Below are positions 22,603 to 26,639 of a stretch of DNA of 26,639 nt, in pieces. This DNA is from a virus (Duplodnaviria > Caudoviricetes): IMG/VR virus record IMGVR_UViG_3300008266_000398, positions 1 to 26,639 of that record; one strand, given 5' to 3'. Below the pieces are notes generated by a model that was not told the origin of the DNA, did not search any database, and saw only the letters and a list, made by a program, of their open reading frames with translations. Numbering within the stretch: position 1 is the stretch's first letter; each line of letters starts with the position of its first letter. Made by a program: the position numbers and the translations under genes.

Positions 22603-24897
22603 CTAGTTCGCTCCTGAGATAGGCATCGTTGACTGGCCGGCCGGCTGGCCCTGCTGCTTGGGCGGTGACGGCTGGCCCTTGGGTGCGGGCTGCGATCCCT
22701 GCTGCTGCCCGGGCTGCGGCATCGGCATCTGCGCGCCGATGCCCATGAGGGTCTGGGTCATCTGCTTCTTGTGCTGCTCGGCATGCTCACGCGCGGCCTG
22801 CTTGACCAGCGGGTGGACGGCGTCGTAGCCGTCGGACAGACGCCAGTCGTCCAGCGTCCGAAGATGCTGGGCGTGTTCGTCGTAGTCCTCCACCATCGGG
22901 ATCTGCACGCCCGCATCGCGGAGCATGTTCAGCACCGACGGCGGCTGGATGCCTGCAGCGGCGAGCGCCTGCATCGGATCCTGCCCCTGCGAGGCGGCGA
23001 TCTGGACGGCCTCCATGTACTTGGCCTGGAGGCCGAGGAAGTCCTTGTAGACCTGATCGCGCTGGGGGAAGGTGGCAAGCGCCGCGAGGGCGGAGTTCTC
23101 CCGCTTCTGGCGGTTGCGCTGCGCCGTCTCGGCGGTGATGAACTCGTCGTAGGAGCCCTCCACGAACCGGGCCACATGCGGGCGAATGTCCTGCCCGACC
23201 AGAGGTGCGAGCTGCATCAGCGTCTGGAACTGAAGCGCGCGGCTCTTCGGGAGGATGGACGCGGTGATCTTGACGTCCTCCGCACCCTTGATCTGGGAGC
23301 CGACGAAGGCGCGAAGCTCTGAGGTGTCATCGACGCCGGCAGAGGACACCAGGCGCGGCATGACGTAGTGCTTGGCGACGAGGGTGAGCGAGCGCGAGAG
23401 CCCCCACTCCACGATGTTCGCCACCTGAGCGGCGGTACCGGAAAGCTGCGTCTCAGAGTTCTGGGCGAGGGTCTGGATGCCGATGGCCGACTCCACGCCC
23501 TGCCCGGGGCTGAAGCCTCGGATCGCATCCGACTGGTTGGCGATCTCGGCCATCTGCTGCACGCACCACTGGAGGTGCTGCGTAAGGACCGCGGTCGGCT
23601 CCGATGACACAGGCATGAAGTGCGGATCCCCGATGGGGTGGACTTCGATGATGCCCTTGTCGTTGAAGATTTCCTGGTTCCGCACGGCCCCGATGGGAAC
23701 GATCATCGGCGGGCGGGCCACGCGCTCGAGCCACTCATGGAGCAGCGAGAGGATGCGGTTGAACCGCTGCTGGATCGGGCGAAGCTCATCGACCGTGCCG
23801 CGGCAGCGGACCCAATGGCCGCCGTCGGGCTTCGGGTTGAACGGCTTGTAGGGGAGGTCGTACTCCATGTACGGCTCGGTGACCAGCGGCAGGTTCGGAG
23901 CGCGGTCCAGCCAGCGGATGTGCGCGCCCTGCGGCCAGTCGCCGCCCGGCTTGATGTACGCCTCATGCACCAGGAACTCATCGCGCCCCGGGACCATGCG
24001 TCCCGAGGAACCGCCACCTTCGTCCTCCACGTTGATCGGGGAGGCGACATCGGCGCGGTTGAACGATCCGCCGGAGGAGCCCGACTGGCCCATCTGGGCC
24101 GACTCCTCGAGGATGTCATCGATCTTCTTGCCGATCTGCTGCTCGATCACCGAGCGCGGGAAGACGCGGCTCTCCACGACCCAGCGGCAGTCGCTCCACT
24201 TGGTGACCGAAGGGTCGACACTGATGGCGCCCGGGCGCACGACGCGCCAGACGATCTCGCCCAACTTCATCGGGCGGTACTGCCAGAGCGTCTGGCCCTC
24301 GGGGTCCTCCTCGGAGAGCGCCTCAAACTGCTCGCGGGACTCAACCGGCTTGCCCGTCTCGGCCGAGAACGGGATGTAGGTGACATCGCCGGCCGTCGGG
24401 TCGAAGTAACAGTGGAGGTACGAGATGCCGTCGATCTCGCCGTTCAGCACCATGTCGCGGATCGCGGAGCCGACGGCCCAGCCGGAGTCGTCCCACTTGG
24501 CGGCGATGAGCTTGCTGGCCTGGCGGGCGGCGTCGATGGAGTTCTGCTCGCGGCTACGCGGGACGACCTCATACGGCGGGCGCTGCGCGGTCAGTAGCGA
24601 GACGCGGCCGTCGGTCATCTGCCGCAGGCGGTTGAACGTGTCGCGCCTGCGGGCCCGCGGGGTGTCCATAAGCAGCTCGAGGCGGCCGGAGGAGAAGCCA
24701 GTGCCGGGACGGGCGCGCATCCACTGCTCGCCCCGGTACATGTAGCGATTCATCTGCCAGCGGCTGCGCTCGGTCTTCGCAAGCTCGCGGCCCTGGGTGA
24801 CCATGTTCATGAGGTTGCCCGAGGCTTCGCCCTTGCCGCGGTAGAGACGGCCCAGCGGAGACGCCTGCGGCTTGGGGGCTGCGATGTCGGTCGACAT
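22603..24897 (-). CDS. Portal protein (P22-like long type)
   Basis: 764 aa with YRGEQW, SIDAARQASKLI, ELRPIQQRFNRILS and ESAIGIQTL patterns and a Gln/Pro tail; precedes scaffold and capsid. Confidence 0.85.
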   Translation of the reverse strand: MSTDIAAPKPQASPLGRLYRGKGEASGNLMNMVTQGRELAKTERSRWQMNRYMYRGEQWMRARPGTGFSSGRLELLMDTPRARRRDTFNRLRQMTDGRVSLLTAQRPPYEVVPRSREQNSIDAARQASKLIAAKWDDSGWAVGSAIRDMVLNGEIDGISYLHCYFDPTAGDVTYIPFSAETGKPVESREQFEALSEEDPEGQTLWQYRPMKLGEIVWRVVRPGAISVDPSVTKWSDCRWVVESRVFPRSVIEQQIGKKIDDILEESAQMGQSGSSGGSFNRADVASPINVEDEGGGSSGRMVPGRDEFLVHEAYIKPGGDWPQGAHIRWLDRAPNLPLVTEPYMEYDLPYKPFNPKPDGGHWVRCRGTVDELRPIQQRFNRILSLLHEWLERVARPPMIVPIGAVRNQEIFNDKGIIEVHPIGDPHFMPVSSEPTAVLTQHLQWCVQQMAEIANQSDAIRGFSPGQGVESAIGIQTLAQNSETQLSGTAAQVANIVEWGLSRSLTLVAKHYVMPRLVSSAGVDDTSELRAFVGSQIKGAEDVKITASILPKSRALQFQTLMQLAPLVGQDIRPHVARFVEGSYDEFITAETAQRNRQKRENSALAALATFPQRDQVYKDFLGLQAKYMEAVQIAASQGQDPMQALAAAGIQPPSVLNMLRDAGVQIPMVEDYDEHAQHLRTLDDWRLSDGYDAVHPLVKQAAREHAEQHKKQMTQTLMGIGAQMPMPQPGQQQGSQPAPKGQPSPPKQQGQPAGQSTMPISGAN

Positions 24898-24906
24898 GGT
24901 TTCGGG

Positions 24907-25437
24907 TTACCTTCCTGAGGCTGACGTTGCGGTACCGGTGACGCCGCGGCCGGAGCCGGTGAGGGAACCGGCGGTGGCGCGGCCGGCGGCGGCGGTGGCG
25001 ACGCCGCCAATCGAGCGGGGCGGGATGCGGATATAGAAGGCGGAGAAGCCAGGTACCAATGCGGATGCGGTTACGGGAACCTTTACCGTTGCGTATGCGG
25101 AGAGGTTCGCGACGGCCATTGCCTGCGCGTCGATCCGGAGCGTCGGGCTGCGGAGCGTCGCGACGACATCTGACAGGACGGTGATCTGCTCGGCGGCGCG
25201 GTCAGTAGCGTTCCTGAGCAGTGCGGCAAGGTCCGCCGTTGCGGCGATGACCGCTGCCGCCTGGTCGGCCGCGCGGGACTCGAACGTCGCAGCACCACCG
25301 GAGAAGACGTTGATCTCCGCGACGGGGGAGACGGCGGAGCGGTCGTCTGCAGTTGCGGTGAGGTCGGAGGTCGCCGGGATCGCCGCATATACGGGCTTGG
25401 GTCCGCCGGAGCTGGTGAGGAGGAGGAGGAGAGTCAT
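24907..25437 (-). CDS. Ala/Thr-rich hypothetical (probably structural) protein
   Basis: 176 aa; ATGA overlap with the upstream gene and GGAGG before the start; quasi-repetitive A-x-I-x-A-T-A-D-L segments. Confidence 0.6.
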   Translation of the reverse strand: MTLLLLLTSSGGPKPVYAAIPATSDLTATADDRSAVSPVAEINVFSGGAATFESRAADQAAAVIAATADLAALLRNATDRAAEQITVLSDVVATLRSPTLRIDAQAMAVANLSAYATVKVPVTASALVPGFSAFYIRIPPRSIGGVATAAAGRATAGSLTGSGRGVTGTATSASGR

Positions 25438-26375
25438 CCTCCGTAAAGCCTTCGTGCGGTGATAAGCCCCACAGGCGCGCCGACGCCACTAGCGGGAGCG
25501 ATAGTTGATCCACCGTTTCGATTCCCGTAAGGACAGACCTGGGTATTCGAGGTAACGGTCATCTTCGTCGGCATTGACTGAAGTGCCGCCGCCCACGTTG
25601 TGCTGGTGTAGCCAGGCGTCCCATATGAGCCTGACACGACCGCAGCGGCGGTCTGGTTGTAGATGGCGACCGCTGCGCTGTCGGTCGTCGTGCCGTTGAT
25701 AAGCGTCATCGCGGACGTCACTTCCCACACGCCCGGAGTGAGGGTGATGCTTGCCTGCGTGTAGGTAATCGTTGAAGCAGCAGAAACGGTTGTCGTGCTG
25801 GACGCGCTTAGAAAACTACCGCCGTTGCTACCCGAAACAACCCACGCGCTACCCGTCCACCGCTGCTCCAAGTCAGTGTCAGTCTCATAAATCGTCTGCC
25901 CCTCAAACGGACTCGCGGGCCGCGTGGTCGAAGTGCAGATGATCGTGCCGGTCGTGACGGCGGGCCACTGGGTCGCCTGGACGATCTTGGAGACGCGGAG
26001 GAAGGCGCTGCCCGCGCCGTATGTACCGCCGCTCCCGTTGATGGTCGCGCCACCCCCAGCGGTGATGAACTCAACAGAAATGGAAACGGAGCCAGCCGCT
26101 GGGGTAACCACAAGCGACTGACGGAAAGGACCGGCAGCCGCCAAGTCACCGAACCGGTAGTTGGTCCCGGCGATTACAAGACGAGCGTTTGCTGCGGCAG
26201 ACACATACGGTGACTGAAACTCCACAAGCAACTTGCTGCCATCAGCGACAACCGTGGTGGAGGCGATGGTCGTCCAACTCCCGCCGACCGCTGGGCTGGT
26301 AGTGAGAGCCGTGTACCCCAACTCCACCAGCCCGCCGCTCGCGGTCACTACTTGGGTGTCAGTGAGGGTGGTCAT
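25434..26375 (-). CDS. Fibre/receptor-binding-like structural protein
   Basis: 313 aa, Thr/Gly/Ser/Ala-rich. Two beta domains are joined by ICTSTTRPASPFEGQTIYETDT...WTGSAW, a motif typical of phage fibre proteins. Confidence 0.65.
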   Translation of the reverse strand: MTTLTDTQVVTASGGLVELGYTALTTSPAVGGSWTTIASTTVVADGSKLLVEFQSPYVSAAANARLVIAGTNYRFGDLAAAGPFRQSLVVTPAAGSVSISVEFITAGGGATINGSGGTYGAGSAFLRVSKIVQATQWPAVTTGTIICTSTTRPASPFEGQTIYETDTDLEQRWTGSAWVVSGSNGGSFLSASSTTTVSAASTITYTQASITLTPGVWEVTSAMTLINGTTTDSAAVAIYNQTAAAVVSGSYGTPGYTSTTWAAALQSMPTKMTVTSNTQVCPYGNRNGGSTIAPASGVGAPVGLITARRLYGG

Positions 26376-26639
26376 TAGGCGCTCACTCGGATTGGGGTTA
26401 CACGCATAAAGCGTTGGCCAAAGATCATCCCCGCAGAGGCAGGTGACTTGTACCGAGCCACTAGCGCGGTCGAGGCAGCGATGCCTGTCTTACGGCTTGG
26501 CTTGCTTATCGTTGAGTCGTAGCCTGGTCCTCGCGTCGAAATCCACACGGCGTCACTATCCGACGCTGCGGTTCCGCCAACGAGGAACGACATCACTCCC
26601 GGAATGTCGTTGCCTGCGCCGCCGTTGAAGTTGCAGCCG
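26375..26639 (-). CDS. C-terminal part of a fibre-like/structural protein (5' end outside the window)
   Basis: The frame stays open to the window edge (GCNFNGGAGNDIPGVMSFLVGG...RFMRVTPIRVSA*); TAATG overlap with the next gene. Confidence 0.6.
   Translation of the reverse strand, partial: GCNFNGGAGNDIPGVMSFLVGGTAASDSDAVWISTRGPGYDSTISKPSRKTGIAASTALVARYKSPASAGMIFGQRFMRVTPIRVSA

Larger units (their letters stand above)
1..26639. mobile_element. Temperate bacteriophage genome segment, apparently unintegrated (attP) configuration, podovirus-like structural module
   Basis: Integrase, excisionase, repressor, lysis, portal and capsid genes are tightly packed. No host housekeeping genes are seen, and the tRNA fragment has phage-type genes on both sides. 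Confidence 0.93.

Noticed and set aside
16330-24597. Long plus-strand ORFs in the structural region (16330-17493, 18383-19564, 19078-19983, 19965-21428, 23620-24597)
   Set aside because: All lie antisense to tightly coupled minus-strand structural genes; no motifs and no independent expression signals noticed.
15572-26639. Diversity-generating retroelement acting on fibre or tail genes
   Set aside because: No reverse transcriptase and no template/variable repeat pair differing at adenines were noticed here; the rest of the genome is not visible.

Overview
This window is an internal 26.6-kb segment of a high-GC temperate phage, with phage genes running off both ends. The host is probably an actinobacterium (inferred from GC content and an Rpf-like gene). 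The left end holds a C5-cytosine methyltransferase missed by the ORF track (truncated at base 1) with a second ORF nested in an alternative frame, an Rpf-like transglycosylase gene, an attP-like 3' half of tRNA-Gly(CCC), a tyrosine integrase and a convergent excisionase. Next come an early leftward operon (SSB-like protein, PD-(D/E)XK nuclease, small ORFs) and an XRE repressor. A long minus-strand late region follows, in transcription order: fibre-like genes, portal, scaffold, major capsid, decoration, adaptor, nozzle, three putative ejection proteins, a two-domain virion muralytic enzyme, the lysis cassette and a metallophosphoesterase. No tape measure or major tail gene is recognisable, which points to a podovirus-like particle. 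Four observations stand out. (1) The attP core lies inside the Rpf-like gene, between its RBS/start codon and its catalytic domain, so integration and excision would break and rebuild the gene. (2) The methyltransferase appears dual-frame (alpha/beta), with both starts coupled to the Rpf stop codon. (3) A promoter-terminator unit of about 80 nt with an anti-Shine-Dalgarno motif sits between scaffold and capsid genes. (4) A TRCGYA-NN-CCTWA motif recurs at regulatory positions. All product calls come from motifs and synteny read by eye, with no database search.
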